Positions 27,436 to 42,059 of a stretch of DNA of 64,000 nt are shown in pieces. The notes beneath the pieces are model-generated. The model was not told the origin of the DNA and did no database searches. It saw only the letters and a list, made by a program, of their open reading frames with translations. Both the position numbers and the translations under genes were made by a program. Each line of letters begins with the position of its first letter. Position 1 is the first letter of the stretch. Source of the DNA: Octopus vulgaris (taxonomy: Eukaryota); assembly GCA_951406725.2 (NCBI GenBank), contig OX597834.1:37944001-38008000 (forward strand), given 5' to 3'.

Positions 27436-28040
27436 AGATAATATGAGGGCTGAAGGTGATTTGGCTGTTATTGTAACACTCTGAACGACAGATAATACGA
27501 GGGTCGAAGGGAATTTGGCTATTATTGTAACACTCCGAACGACCACATATAAACTGCCATCTTCTTACGTATTGTCAATAAGTTTTCTTAATGTTTTAAT
27601 ATCTTTTTGATGTTAAGGTGTTGAATGAAATCACCGAGTATTTTTGTCTGTGTACTATGGCTATATTGCTGGTTGACTGCATTTCATGTTCGTGTTAGTG
27701 TTGCTAGTATATTGTTGATGTTACTCCTGCTGATGTTGTAGATATTTTTCTTGTTGTTGCCGCTGTTGTTGCTGCTGCAGGTGTTGTTCATAATGTTGTT
27801 GTTGTTGTTGTTAGCTTCTTATAAGATTAGGTTGTCATAAACAAACATTAACATATGTACGTTGTAGAGTATAAACATTTAGTGAAGCATCTCTTACTGC
27901 TCCAGAAGACCTGATAACATGGTGTATGTGCAAGGGTTTGCGTGAGAGTGCGTGTATTTCTCTCTGTGTATTTCACGCGTGTGCGTGTATGTGTGAGTGT
28001 ATAAACACACATATACAATATATGTATGTATATATGTATG

Positions 28041-28111
<71 letters not shown>

Positions 28112-28351
28112 CGTATTTATTTGTTCATACACTCCATGCTAGCGCTAAAAGCCGTACACGTCCTTGGTCGGATATATTAATAAATGTAATCATATAAATT
28201 CACTATATTTCTGATAAATTGCTTAAAAAAGACGCTGACAATCTTCGATTCGTCTGTCAATGTTGATTCGTTGGTCAAGTTGTTGTATCCAAGTAATGCA
28301 GAAAATGGCTCAAGTTCATCTTCGTAACATAATGCAATAATAATAATAATG

Positions 28352-28424
<73 letters not shown>

Positions 28425-28523
28425 GTGTGTAATCTGGGAATGCATGCAATGAGCTTCCTGCCCTAGGTGTATGGAAAACACTCGGCGAGAAACGGAAGAA
28501 AATTTGAAGAAAGAAGGAAAAAC

Positions 28524-28572
<49 letters not shown>

Positions 28573-28582
28573 TTAATAATAA

Positions 28583-28773
28583 TCCTTTCTACTATAAGCA
28601 CAAGGCCTAAAATTTGGTGGAAGGGGACTAGTCGATCACATCGACCCCAGTTTTTCATTGGTACTTACTTCGTCGACCTTGAAAGGAAGAAAGGTAAAGT
28701 GAACCTCGGCAGAATTTGAACTCAGAACGTAAAGATGGACGAACTGCCGCTAACGATTCTGCCAGCTCACCGA
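28583..28773 (-). mobile_element. SINE family B, older type
   Basis: Homologous to other B copies; tail aggccttgtgcttatagtagaaagg followed by (ATT)n. Confidence 0.83.
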
Positions 28774-28778
28774 ATAAT

Positions 28779-29122
<344 letters not shown>

Positions 29123-29606
29123 GCTTCCTCGTACCAACTCGCAGGTCCGCCCACACCACCCGCACCAACCCCTCCATATCCAACACACTTATGCCATAAG
29201 CCTGTAGCTTGTGCTCTTTTGTTATTATTGTTACTTTTCAATCTGCTCTTCTTGATCGGATGTCAGTGATCAAGAGGTTATTTGTGGACACGTCGACATG
29301 ATAGAGAGTGAAAGAATGAAGAGAAGAATTTATAAGAATGTATAGATAACCTCTTTGACATGTTCCATTACAGACACACATACAACATACGTGCGCGCGT
29401 ACACAACCGCGCACTCACGCGCTAAAATTATATATACTTTAGAAAAAATCTCTTATTTTCTCCTCCTACATAGATTCATTCCATTTCTGGTTTACACTAA
29501 CATTCGAAAGTGCAAGATTCCTCTTTGATAGCTACCGATCAAAATACTACACGAATTAGTCCACTTTATTAGTCCCGTAAAAATGCGTTGACGTGTGCTT
29601 AAGCAC

Positions 29607-29658
29607 CCAAAGAATAAGTCCCGGGCTCGATTTGCTCGACTAAAGGCGGTACTCCAGC

Positions 29659-29754
<96 letters not shown>

Positions 29755-29932
29755 GTGCGTCTGTGTTTGTCCCCCCAACATCGCTTGACAACAGTTAGCG
29801 GTTCGGCAAGAGAGACAGATAGAATAAGTACTAGGCTTACAAAGAATACGTCCTGGGGTCGATTTGCTCGACTATAGGCGGTGCTCCAGCATGGCCGCAG
29901 TAAAATGGCTGGAACAAATAAAAGAATAAAAG
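29607..29932 (+). mobile_element. SINE family A fragments (young 3' piece, then an older 3' half)
   Basis: caaagaataagtcc..gatttgctcgactaaaggcggtactccagcat at 29608-29660 recurs with substitutions at 29840-29891. Confidence 0.78.
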
Positions 29933-29954
29933 ATGCATGACAGACACCACAGGA

Positions 29955-30255
29955 CACCATTGTCCGATACTACCAATCCTATTGATCTTCCACCATGTTG
30001 TTCTACGTTCTACTCGCCCCGCTAAGCCACCGCTAGATTGTTTGACGGTCTATCAATCCTCCTACACTTCCGCCATGTTGTCCAACGTTTTATTAATCCA
30101 GAAAAACCACCAATATGTTGTCCAGCGCTCTACAAATACTACCAAATTACCGCCATGTTGTTCAACGTTCTACCAATCCAACCGAGTTACTGCCATGTTA
30201 CCCGACGCTCTACTAATTCTGCTAAACCACTGCCATGTTGCTCGATGGTCTACCA
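29955..30255. repeat. 40-bp tandem array, about 7.5 diverged units
   Basis: Registers at 29991, 30031, 30071, 30111, 30151, 30191, 30231; consensus cgccatgttgtccaacgctctaccaatcctgctaaaccac. Confidence 0.9.
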
Positions 30256-30885
30256 TTGACAAGATCACAGCCAGAATATAAAATATACATTGCCAGATGT
30301 TTATGTAAGAAATATTACTTGTCGTTGCTATTTGTATATCATACTAAACGTATATACAACGTCGAAAGACATAGACATGTTGCAATAAAAACACAATATT
30401 CATACAAATATATCGAAACTAATTGAACATTGTGTCGCCACAGTGACTCACGAGTACTACAGGCGCATTTCGCCTTTTTAAGGTTTGCCAATACCGTGTA
30501 CCTATTTGTCACACGTTCAGACAAAATGTGCGCTTCAATGTGTAAGAAAGGGTGAATAATGGTCTCCATGGTATTTTTGAATGCTTGACAAGCAGGACCT
30601 TTCTATGGCGATTATAAATTGATGTTGTTTCAGTTGCGCTCCCAGAGATTATCTTTTCTTCTTTTTTAATCGCAGAATAGCCATAACCCATCTGATCCAT
30701 GCTGAAAAACATCCTTTTAGATGTATTTTTCTTTTGTTTGTTGTTGTGTTGTTGTTGTTGCTTTTTAACCTCAGATTGGTCATCGGATCTATGATCCCCT
30801 TCCATCTTTCCAACCATGACAATCCCGTCTTTTTAGGCTCACTTACATCAACTACATTCTCTGATGTGTCGTTATTATAAGCAGA

Positions 30886-31300
30886 AAGGCGGGACGAGCT
30901 GGCAGAATCGTTAGCACGCCGGGCGAAATGCGTAGCCGTATTTCGTCTGCTGTTACGTTCTGAGTTCAAATTCCGCCGAGGTCGACTTTGCCTTTCATCC
31001 TTTAGGGGTCGATAAATTAAGTACCAGTAACGCACTGGGGTCGATATAATCGACTTAATCCGTTCGTCTGTCCTTGTTTGTTCCCTCTGTGTTTAGCCCC
31101 TTGTGGGTAGTAAAGAAATAGGTACTTTGTCCGGCTTAACGTTCTGAGTTCAAATTCCGTCGAGGTTGACTTTACCTTTCATCATTTCGGGGTCAATGAA
31201 GTAAGTACTAGTTATGCACTGGGGTCGATGCAATCGACTAGCCCCCCCCCCCCCCTCTCCAAAATTTGCAAGGCCTTGTGTCTTGAATAGAAATAATTAT
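30886..31300 (+). mobile_element. SINE family B: young full copy (30886-31120) fused to a headless older copy (31121-31300)
   Basis: Central segment gttctgagttcaaattccg..gaggt.gactt..cctttcatc occurs twice, each followed by a different tail. Confidence 0.9.
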
Positions 31301-32909
31301 AAGCAGAAATGAGTGATTTGAGGAAGATTTGGCTGCTACCTCTAGCAGATTGAGTTTCATTGTAGAGGCTACCACGTTGATAATATTGTTGATGGTATCG
31401 GTGGTGGTGGTAATGGTGGTGGTGGTGGTGGTAGTGGTGGTGATGGTGGTGGTGGTGGTGGTAGTGGTGGTGGTGTCTCCGTCGTTGTCATTGTCGTGGT
31501 GGTGTCCATGTTGTATGAGGGTGGGTGTGGTAGGGGTGGTTGGATTGGTATTGAAAGTGATTATGATGCGGTTGTTGTCGTCGTCGTCGCCGTCATCGTT
31601 ATTGTCATCGCTGTTGTTGTTGTTGTTATGTAGCTGCAGGTCATCCCAGATTGAGCAAGCCTATCATTAAACGAATTCCATCCAGCCCTGGACCAATCCG
31701 GCTTTTCAAGGATATCCACGTTTATAACACGTTGTTGCGGTGGTGGTGATGGTGTTGTTGTTGTTGTTGGTGGTGGTGGTGGCGATCATGTAGATAGTGG
31801 TGCTGGTAGTGATTAAAGGTGAATATGATGGTGATGATGATGATGATGGTAATGATAATGGCGTTGATGGTGGAGGTGGTGGTGGCGGTAACGGCGACGG
31901 CTGTGGTGGTGGTGGTGGTGGTGGGGTTGATGGTGGCAGCGACGACGAAGGCGGTGACGGCGGTTGTGATGGTAGTGATGGTGGGGGCAGTGGTGATGGT
32001 GGGGGCAGTGGTGATGGTGGGGGGGGGCAGTGGTGTTGGTGCTGGTGCCGATGGTGGTGGTGTCGGTGGTAGTGGTGGTGTTGCTGGTGGTTTTTGTGTA
32101 ACCCTAAGGCTAACATCCGTAATCGATCAGATGCGTAAGACAAAGAAGTGCATCCATAAATTTGTTCCCCTCTTTGCTGTTGTTCTTCTTGTTGCAGTCG
32201 TTATTTTTTTCTTGTTGTTGCTGCTTCTGTTGTCTGCAGAGTTTAGAGTTATTGGTAATGGTAGTGATGGTATTGATAATGGCGCCAGTGATGGTTGTGG
32301 CGCTGGTGCTAGTGGAGAAAATGATGGTGGTGATGATGATGATGATGACATTGATGACGGTCAGAAGCAGAAGTAGTAGTAGTAGTAGTAGTGGTGGTGG
32401 TGGTGGTGGTGGTGGTGGTGGTGGTGGTGGTGGTTGCAGTGATGGTTGCGGTGGTGTGCGGTGGTGTTAGCAGTGGTGATGGTGGTAGTGATGGCGGTGA
32501 CGATGATAATGGTAATGGTGATGGTAACGATGCTGGTGGTAGCGGTGGTGGTTGTGGTGTTGGTGGTGGTGGAAGTGGAGATGATGGTGATGATGGTGAT
32601 GATGGTAATGGTGTAGTGTTATCATAAAGACTGCCCAAGGTATGGTCCCATCTCCCTCCGGAAGTTGTCTTGCTACAACAACTACTACTACTACTTCTAA
32701 TACTACTACTGCTACTACTACTACTACTTCTTCTACTACTACTGTTGTTGTTTTTGTTGTACTTCTTATTGGTGATGATTGTGAAGGTGGTGGTGTTGGT
32801 CGTGGTAGTTCTGGTGGTGGCATTTCTCGTGTTTTGACCCAAACTACATGGCTACTATTCAATATCCTAGCTTCAATAGGCCAAGAGTAGTAGTAGTAGT
32901 AGTAGTAGC

Positions 32910-32946
<37 letters not shown>

Positions 32947-33004
32947 ATGTTAGCGGTGGTGGCGGCGGCGGCAGTGGTGGGGAAGGTGGTAGTAGTGGTG
33001 GTGG

Positions 33005-33035
<31 letters not shown>

Positions 33036-33619
33036 GGTGCTGGTGGTGGTGGTGGTGGTGCTGGTGGTGGTGGTGGTGGCGGCGGGCGGCGGGCGGCGGC
33101 GGGCGGCGGCGGCAGTGGTGCTGGAGCTGGCGTTACAACTACCAGGGACCAAACCGACTTGTCAGCAACAGGAAATTCCGATGAGCGCTAATTAGCACTA
33201 TGGTGTAAAAGGGCCGTCGTTAGCAATGGTTGCTAACAGCTGTCATGGCTGCTGGATATATTGTTGTTGTTGTTGTTACTGCTACCGCTGCTGCCGCTGC
33301 TGCCGCTGCTGCTGTTGTTGTTTACTGTTGTTGTTGTTGTTGCCGATTTAACGTTGCTTTCTGATGTTGATGCAATAACAATCGGTGCTGCTGAGACTGT
33401 CGTTGTTATTCCACTTCATGTTGCAATTTTTTTTGCTGCTGTTGTTGTTGTTGTTGTTGTTGTTGTAGCTACTGCTGCTGTTCCTCATGCTGCTGCTGTT
33501 GCTATCGTTGTTGTTGTTGTTGTCATTTGTGCTGCTGTTGCATTTCGTTTTTGATAGCAAACTGTGAGCTTTTAGTCCAACATACACAAGAAGAAGAAGA
33601 AGAAGAAGAAGAAGAAGAA

Positions 33620-33650
<31 letters not shown>

Positions 33651-33839
33651 AAGAAGAAGAAGAAGAAGAAGAAGAAGAAGAAGAAGAAGAAGAAGAAGAA
33701 GAAGAAGGAGAAGAAGAAGAAGAAGAAGAAGAAGAAGAAGAAGAAGAAGAAGAAGAAGAAGAATGAAATGCCTAACACAATTTGGCGAAGGAAATAAATA
33801 TGTATACTTGTATATATGTATGCATTTACAAATCTATAT

Positions 33840-33905
<66 letters not shown>

Positions 33906-33988
33906 GCATGCGTGTGTGTGTGTGTGTGTATAGAGAGAGAAAGAGAAATACACACACATCTATGTATATGTGAGTGTGTATGTAAGTA

Positions 33989-34029
<41 letters not shown>

Positions 34030-34108
34030 GTACGTATGTTATATATATGTATGTATGTATATATATATATACACGTCACGTTGATAAGGTTAAAATCCAT
34101 AAATATGC

Positions 34109-34185
<77 letters not shown>

Positions 34186-34282
34186 GAGAGGGATCCAGAA
34201 AAGCTGTAAAGAGAGAAACAAAGCCAGCAAATGAAGAAAATGTAGAAAAATTTCATGAATGAACGACTGAATGAATGAATGA

Positions 34283-34358
<76 letters not shown>

Positions 34359-35926
34359 ATGAGGGGAAAAAGAAAGCAAGTAAGAGTGAAAGAAAGAAGG
34401 GAAGTGAATCATGCCAAAATGGCCGCCGCACAGAATGGTAACTGTATTATGTATGCAACGCTGTTATATGACAGAAATTGTAAGACAGACACATGAACAC
34501 ACACACACACACACACACATGTTCATGTGAATAGCAAAATGTATGAAGACAAAGGCACATGCACAGGCGTGCGCGCACACCCATGGCGCTTGCACACACG
34601 TGTTGATGTGAATAACAAAGCGTATGGTAAATATGGACACACACACAAACACAAACATACACACACGCACACACACACACATACCCACACAAACACACAC
34701 ACACACACAGAGGCACAAACGCATACAAGCAAGCGAATAGGCTCATTCACACACGCGTCAGAGATGTGAATAACAATATATAAAATACACGCAAATACAT
34801 AGATACACATACACACCAACACACACATACACACACACACTCACACATACGTACTTACGGACTCACACATTCGCGCACATTTTGACGTGAATATCAAACA
34901 GTATGGAAGATATAGACACACATTCACGTGCACACACATACACGCGCATACATGCACACATACACACAAACTGACAAATACACGTATATACACACCCGCG
35001 TAAAGCGGTGAATACGAAAGCGTGTGGTGAATACACACACGTAGTTTACATACGGGTACACGCACACATATACTGCTTCGAGATTCACTCACGCTATTAT
35101 ATATTTATGTATCTTTTTACTGGTTTCAGTGATTGGATTGCGGCCATGCTGTAGCACCGTCTTGAATGATTTGTATTTGAATTAATCGACCACGATGTTT
35201 ATTTTCCGTATTTTTTCAAAAGTCTGGTGCTTATTTTATCGGGTCTTTTGCCGAATTGTTAAGTTATGGGGACGTAACTACACCAATACCGGTTGTCAAC
35301 CGGTGGGTATAGGCAGACACAGACACAGACATCAAGATATATGCACGCATACACACACACACACACACACATGCATACGAACACACACTCACGCACACAT
35401 TTACATATAAACATACGCACATACACACACATGAGTGGCAACACACTTATGTACACATACAAGCAAACAAACAGACACACACACACACACACACAAAGCC
35501 ACGCTCATCCATTACACACACATGCACAGAAGCACACTCACATATACACATACACACCTACATACATACATACATACAAACACACACAAACGTACATACA
35601 CACATACACACCTTCACGCCCACTCGCAATCACTCGCGTTCACACTCTATTCCTACACACATATACACACACAAACACACACACATCCATACACACACAC
35701 ATACATATATACACAAACACGCACATATACACACACGTGTGTGTGATTGTAAATAACAAAACCAGTGAAAAGGAAAAGATTTGTGGACTGTTTGCAAGCT
35801 GCCGTTTCTAAACCGTTCTGCTTCGAGATTCACTTTACGCTATTTGCTCAAATATTATTGGTATTTTTGTAAAACGATCGTCCTGCAACATTTACTGGTG
35901 ACTAAATCCCTATTTTTGACCGATAT

Positions 35927-36348
35927 AGGCACGAGTGTGGCTGTGTGGTAAGAAGTTTGCTTCCCAACCACATGGTTCCGGGTTCAATCCCACTGCGTGA
36001 TACCTTGGGCAATGGCCTTCTACCAGAACTCCGGGCCGACCAAGGATTGTGAGTGAATTTGGTAGACGGAAGCTGAAAGAAGCTCATCGTATATATGTGT
36101 GAATGTTTATGGGGGTCGGGGCTTTTTGTTTGAGCTTGTCCTCCAGCACCGCTTGACAACCGGTGTTGAGCTGTTTACATCCCCGTAACTAGCGGTTCGA
36201 CAAAGAGAGACAGACAGATGAAGTACCAAACCTAAAAAGAAAAAGTAGTAGGGTCGATTTGTTCGACTAAATCCTTCAAGGCAGTGCCCCAGCGTGGCCA
36301 CAGTCTAATGACTGAAACAAGTATAATAAGACAAAGTTAAAAGAATAT
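35927..36348 (+). mobile_element. SINE family A, older full copy
   Basis: Head with B box ggttcaatccc; tail ctgaaacaagta. Confidence 0.88.
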
Positions 36349-37355
36349 AATCATGTTTTGACGAAACGACATAACACCAACATGGTCGACTAAATTTTCT
36401 AGAAATAGCTACTAAACTCCCTCAAATTACACCCAATACTGTCCCGAAGTGGGACAGACACATCGGAGAATAACGTCTTACCAATCTCTTATATTTTTTC
36501 TTGTTTCACTCATTGGACATCGGCCAATGTGGGGCATCGTCTTAAAACGTTTAGTCGAACAAATTTACTCCCATACCTACACCTAAATATGTAAGAACTC
36601 GTTGATGACATGTCTGCCTTTTTAAAGTCAGATACTTATTCTATTGGCCTCTTTGCTCAACTCATTCAGTTACGGGAGCGTAAACAAACTAATACCGGTT
36701 GTCCAGAAACGAGATTTTTTCCGTATGTCCACACTTTAAGAAATACATCTTGGCGGAATTTACAAATGGGCCACCAGACACATCGCAAACCATTAATATC
36801 TTGATTACGTATTTTTGACATTTGTGTATTGTAAAGTTGGCAAACCCCCTTGTAATTTTCCTTTTGTCTTACTCCTTATGAGCGTCCCTTATTCAAATGG
36901 CGTCTGCTCTTAAAAAGCAACTAATAAATAAATGCTTCAACCAACCAGCAAACCCTGGGCAACTGTATTTCACAAGACTTGTGGCTTTCATTACATTTTA
37001 TATATATAACAGACTTCCACGCAGTTTTTGTCTACCAAATTCCCTTATAAGGTTTTGGTCGGCCCTGAATTATAAAAGAAGACAGTTGCCCAAGATGCCG
37101 CGAATTGGGGCTGAAAGCGAAATCTCGTGGTTGCAAGGTAAAGTTCTTGACCACACACGCATGTCTACATCTAAATATTTAAGGGCTGGATGGTCGTTGG
37201 AAGGCTTTTGATAACATGTCTACTTGAGCTATTATTGGAGCCATTACATGAACGCTCGACGTGTTGGACATAGTAGCCAAATATCCTTCAAATGAGACCA
37301 TTTTTAAAAAAGAAAAATGACACAGAAGATAATGTAATCCAAGATGACCCATGAC

Positions 37356-37525
37356 CAGCGATTCTCAGCCATTTAAACATCTGAACCAGAATTATTTTAA
37401 AGGGCCGCACGAAGAAAAGCAAAACACAATCCAATTAAAGAAAACTTCAATGTATTTAGACGAAGATGCTTGAAGGATGCTTGAAGGCCGCATGGGATCC
37501 TGTGAGCCGAGGTTTAGTATCAATA
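37356..37525. mobile_element. Degenerate hAT-type MITE adjacent to the next element
   Basis: Starts cagcgattctcagcc, similar to the neighbouring TIR; internal ggccgca motifs; right end decayed. Confidence 0.45.
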
Positions 37526-37533
37526 CTCTAGAC

Positions 37534-38050
37534 CAGGGATTCTCAACCATTTTTTAACCTATGGACCCCTTTGATTACCATTTTATTCTGGTGGACTCCC
37601 ATAGCTATTCGATATTTAAAAACTAGTTTTATAGAAACTCCTTTCGAAGTTCCTATTTTGTTTTGAACACATTCTCTGCTGTAGGCTGAACTATATAAAA
37701 CGTGGTTCTCAATCATTAATCATCTATGGACCCCTTTGATTGCTGTTTTAATCTGGTGGACCCCACAGCCATTCGATGTTTAAAAATTAGTTTTATAGAT
37801 ACTCCCTTCAGTATTCCTATTTTGTTTTCCACGCATTAACTTGTGTAAGCAGAGTTACGTAAAATGTTAGAGAAAGAATTCTGGGGTTTTTTTTTTTCCA
37901 ATACGTACCAATACATATATCTAAAGCAAATTTTGTTCCAGGAGCCCTTAAAATACTATTTTAGATCCCTAATTTACTATTTTGGTGCGTGGACCCCAAA
38001 TTTTTTATATGGACCCTCAGTACCATATTGACCCTGGTTGAGAACCCCTG
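37534..38050. mobile_element. hAT (Charlie-like) MITE with an internal ~165-bp duplication
   Basis: TIRs cagggattctcaacc / ggttgagaacccctg; 8-bp flanks ctctagac / atccagac (6 of 8 match); left subterminal block repeated at about 37705-37860. Confidence 0.85.
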
Positions 38051-39115
38051 ATCCAGACAGTCGAGAGGGCCACGATTGCATTATCTTAAATCATAAAACA
38101 AGAAGTATTTTCGAATCAATGAAGGCATCCCTATGTGGCCATTCAACTTGCAAGAAATAACAGCCAAATCTCTTTCACAATACATTTTGCGTGTTAAACA
38201 GGAGCACATTTGAATTACATGATTTCCAGACGAAGGATGAGATGGTCGCGGGTGGAGTCACTTTGATCGTGTGTCTATTCAATCAAAGCTGATCTGATGC
38301 TGAACAATATCAACAACCAATTTGGAACCGATTCGATTTCCAATGGACGAAATTATTTTCGAAATAATTATTGTGGAACATACAGATACATTTATATTCC
38401 GATACACACACATACACGCATACATACACACATATACATATACACACATACACACACATGCATACATACACACGCAGAGTCCGTACTCATACACATGCAC
38501 ACACATGCCCACACACACACACACACACATGCACACACGCCCAGACACATACAGACATTTAAACTCTGGTACACACACATGCACATACATTCAGACTCAG
38601 ACGGTCATTCACATACACATTCACACACACATACATACACACACACATGCATACATTCATGCACAGACATCCATACGCATACACATTCACACACACAGAC
38701 GTCCATACGTATACACATTCACACACATTTAAATTGAAACACCCACACGTCCATACGCATACATATACACACAGACGTCCATATGCATAAACATGAACAC
38801 ACATTTAAACTCTGAAACAGACATGCACATACACAAACACAGACACATACACGCTGTAATGGCACGTACACATACACTCATGCACACACATACACACACA
38901 CTCGCGAGTCCAGGCGCTTACACGAACACGCGTTTAAGCTCTGATACGCACACACACATGCACACAAATACATATACACGCAGACGTCCATGCCCACACA
39001 CACGCACATACATATATGCACAGAGAGACGCGCACACACACATACAAGCAAGTACATACTCCAACACATGCGCAGCCCTAGACATATACACAAGCGCACA
39101 ATACAAATAACATTC

Positions 39116-39648
39116 ACATACGGACACGCTCCAACACGTACAAACACATATGATACGCTCCAACACACACAACCACATACGGACATGCTCCAATACACAC
39201 AAATAACATACGGACACGCTCCAACACGTACAAACACATACGGACACGCTCCAATACACAACCACATACGGGCACACTCCAATACACACAAACACATACG
39301 GACACGGTCCAACACGTACAAACACATACTGATACACTCCAACACACACAACCACATACGGACACACTCCGATGCACACAAACACATACGGCCACGCTCC
39401 AACACGTACAAACACATACGGACACGCCCCAATACACAACCACATGCGGGCACACTCCAATACACACAAACACATACGGACACGCTCCAACATGTACAAA
39501 CACATACGGACACGCTCCAATACATAACTACATATGGACATACTCCAATACATACAAACATATACGGACATACTCCAATACACAACCACGTACAGACACG
39601 CTCCAGTACAAACATATACGGATTCGCTCCAACACACACAAACACATT
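39116..39648. repeat. ~30-bp minisatellite, about 18 units, with higher-order structure
   Basis: Unit cggacacgctccaa(c/t)ac...acacata of 26-31 bp. Confidence 0.93.
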
Positions 39649-40068
39649 CAAACGCGCACACATGCATATACGCATAAACATACACGCACACCCACGAATA
39701 CACGTATACAAAATACACACATAAAGACAAGCACACATACACACAGACATACAAACACACACAAGCACAACGCACAGAGAGTGACGCACACACACTAGTA
39801 CAAGTACATAATATTCACATACACGCAAGGACACACACACACACATACACAGATAAACACATTCAAACACACAAAACAGGCACACACACATACACTAGTA
39901 CACATACACAAAATGAATACATATATATACACACGCACACACAAAACAAACACACACAGAACGCACACACCCGCCCATCCACGCACACATACAAACTCAA
40001 CCACACTAGTGTACACATATATACACACACAGAACACACACACACACACGAACACACACAAACACACA

Positions 40069-40107
<39 letters not shown>

Positions 40108-40223
40108 ACACACGCATCCACGCATCCACGCACACAAACATATACACACACAGAACGCGCGCACACATACACAAACACGCACAAATGCACACGCATATAC
40201 ACACACAGAACGTACACACTAAT

Positions 40224-40264
<41 letters not shown>

Positions 40265-40905
40265 CACACACACACACACACACGAGCGCACACACACACG
40301 GAAACATGCTTACACATAACGCGTAGAAATTGTTGGATTAAATGCGAGGACTAAGGATTGGAGAGTTGGGAGTGTTTGGCGAGAATTAATAGGCGAAGAG
40401 GAAGGAAAGTGAATGGGAGAGAGATGAGGGAGGGAGAGAGAGAGAAATGAGAGAGATGAGGGGGAGAAAACGAAGGAGAGAGAAGCAGAGAGATGATATA
40501 TAAAGAAACAACGGAGAGAGGAAGGTTGAGTAAGAGGATGGCTGTCGAGATGATGAAGTCAGAGGTCGAGAGTATAAAAGATGGGAGAAATACGACAGGG
40601 GAAGGAATGAAAAAAAAAGAGCGAGAGAGTGAGAGAGAGAGAGAGAGAAAGAGAGAAGAGGAAGGCGTAGTAGGGCGTAGAGGAGATGTAGTACTGAGGG
40701 CGAAATAGAAAGATTAGGACAAAGAGACAAATACGAGATGGATGTTGTTGTAAGCAATTCTGAGTGAAGAATGGTTTCGATAAGTTGGTTTATTGCATTA
40801 TCTGGAAATTCTTCAGTTTCAGCAAAACAGCTTTCGTTCTCTTCCAAACTGACAGACACACACGCAACAGACGCTACTCACACACACGCGTGTCCGTTTT
40901 AGTAT

Positions 40906-41233
40906 TTTTACTCGTTTCAGTCAATTTGATTGCGACCATGCTGGAGTACCGCATCTAGTCGAACTAATCGAGGCCCAGAACTTATTCTTTGTAAACCTAG
41001 TAGTTTTTTCTGTCGTTCTCTTCTGTCGAACCGCTATATTACGGGGACGTAGACACACCAACATCGGTTGTCAAGTGATGTTGGAGGGAGGGGGGGGCAA
41101 ACACAGACACACAAACATATATATGCATGTATACGACGGGCTTTTTTCAGTTTCAGTCTACAAAATCCATTGGGCGGCTCGAAGCTGTAGTAGAAGACAC
41201 TTGCCCAAGGTTCCACGCAGTAGGTCTGAACCC
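40906..41233 (-). mobile_element. SINE family A, head truncated
   Basis: Homologous to other copies. Confidence 0.88.
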
Positions 41234-41559
41234 TTCAACTATAGCCCGAGCTAATCAAAGCCTTGTGAGTGGATCTGGTAGACGGAAACTGAAAGAGGCC
41301 CGTCGTATATATGTCTATATATATATGTGTATGTTTGTGTATATGTTTGTGTGTCTGTGTTTGTCCCCCCGCCAACATTGCTTGACAACCGATACTAGTG
41401 TGTTTCAGTCCTCTTAACTCAGCGGTTCGGCAAAATAGACCGATAGAATAAGTACTAGGCTTACAAAGAATAAGTCCTGGGGTCGATTTACTCGACTAAA
41501 GCGGTGCTCCAGCATGACCACAGTCAAATGACTGAAACAAGTAAAAGAGTAAAGAGTAT
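41234..41559 (+). mobile_element. SINE family A, headless, directly abutting the previous copy in inverted orientation
   Basis: Starts ttcaactatagcccgag, ends gtaaaagagtaaagag. Confidence 0.9.
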
Positions 41560-41629
41560 ATATATACACACACACATACGTAGATGAATTTTATTGATAG
41601 GATGGATATAGGATGGATAAGTTAATGTA

Positions 41630-41666
<37 letters not shown>

Positions 41667-41717
41667 ATTATATATATATATATATGTATACTTTATTTAA
41701 AAGCAGCAGAAATTCAA

Positions 41718-41766
41718 CAAAACCTGTTACTCGGAGTTTCACGTTCCCGTTCGTCGGACAGTTTTG
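41718..41766 (-). ncRNA. Compact type I hammerhead-like motif with CCGACGA core
   Basis: Minus strand caaaactgt-CCGACGA-acg ggaa cgt-GAAAC-tccga-GTA-acaggttttg: 9-bp stem I with one bulge, GNRA-capped stem II, ACT/AGT stem III. Confidence 0.75.
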
Positions 41767-41818
41767 AGTACACTTTTTTCCACCTTGTTTCACGTTTATG
41801 TATTTACTCCGGTATATA

Positions 41819-41896
<78 letters not shown>

Positions 41897-42021
41897 CATG
41901 TATGTATATATGTATGTATGTATACATATATGTATATATGTATATTTATATATACATTTGTTTTTTTGTGTATGTTTATTTGTGAGTGTATGTGTGTATG
42001 TGTGTTATGTATGTATACATA

Positions 42022-42059
<38 letters not shown>

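Noticed and set aside
29955-30255. Regularly spaced repeats resembling a CRISPR array
   Set aside because: The whole 40-bp unit is repeated, there are no unique spacers or cas genes, and the context is eukaryotic
38878-39891. 337-aa Cys/Val-rich repetitive ORF
   Set aside because: Derived from CA repeats and a minisatellite whose unit lengths do not preserve frame
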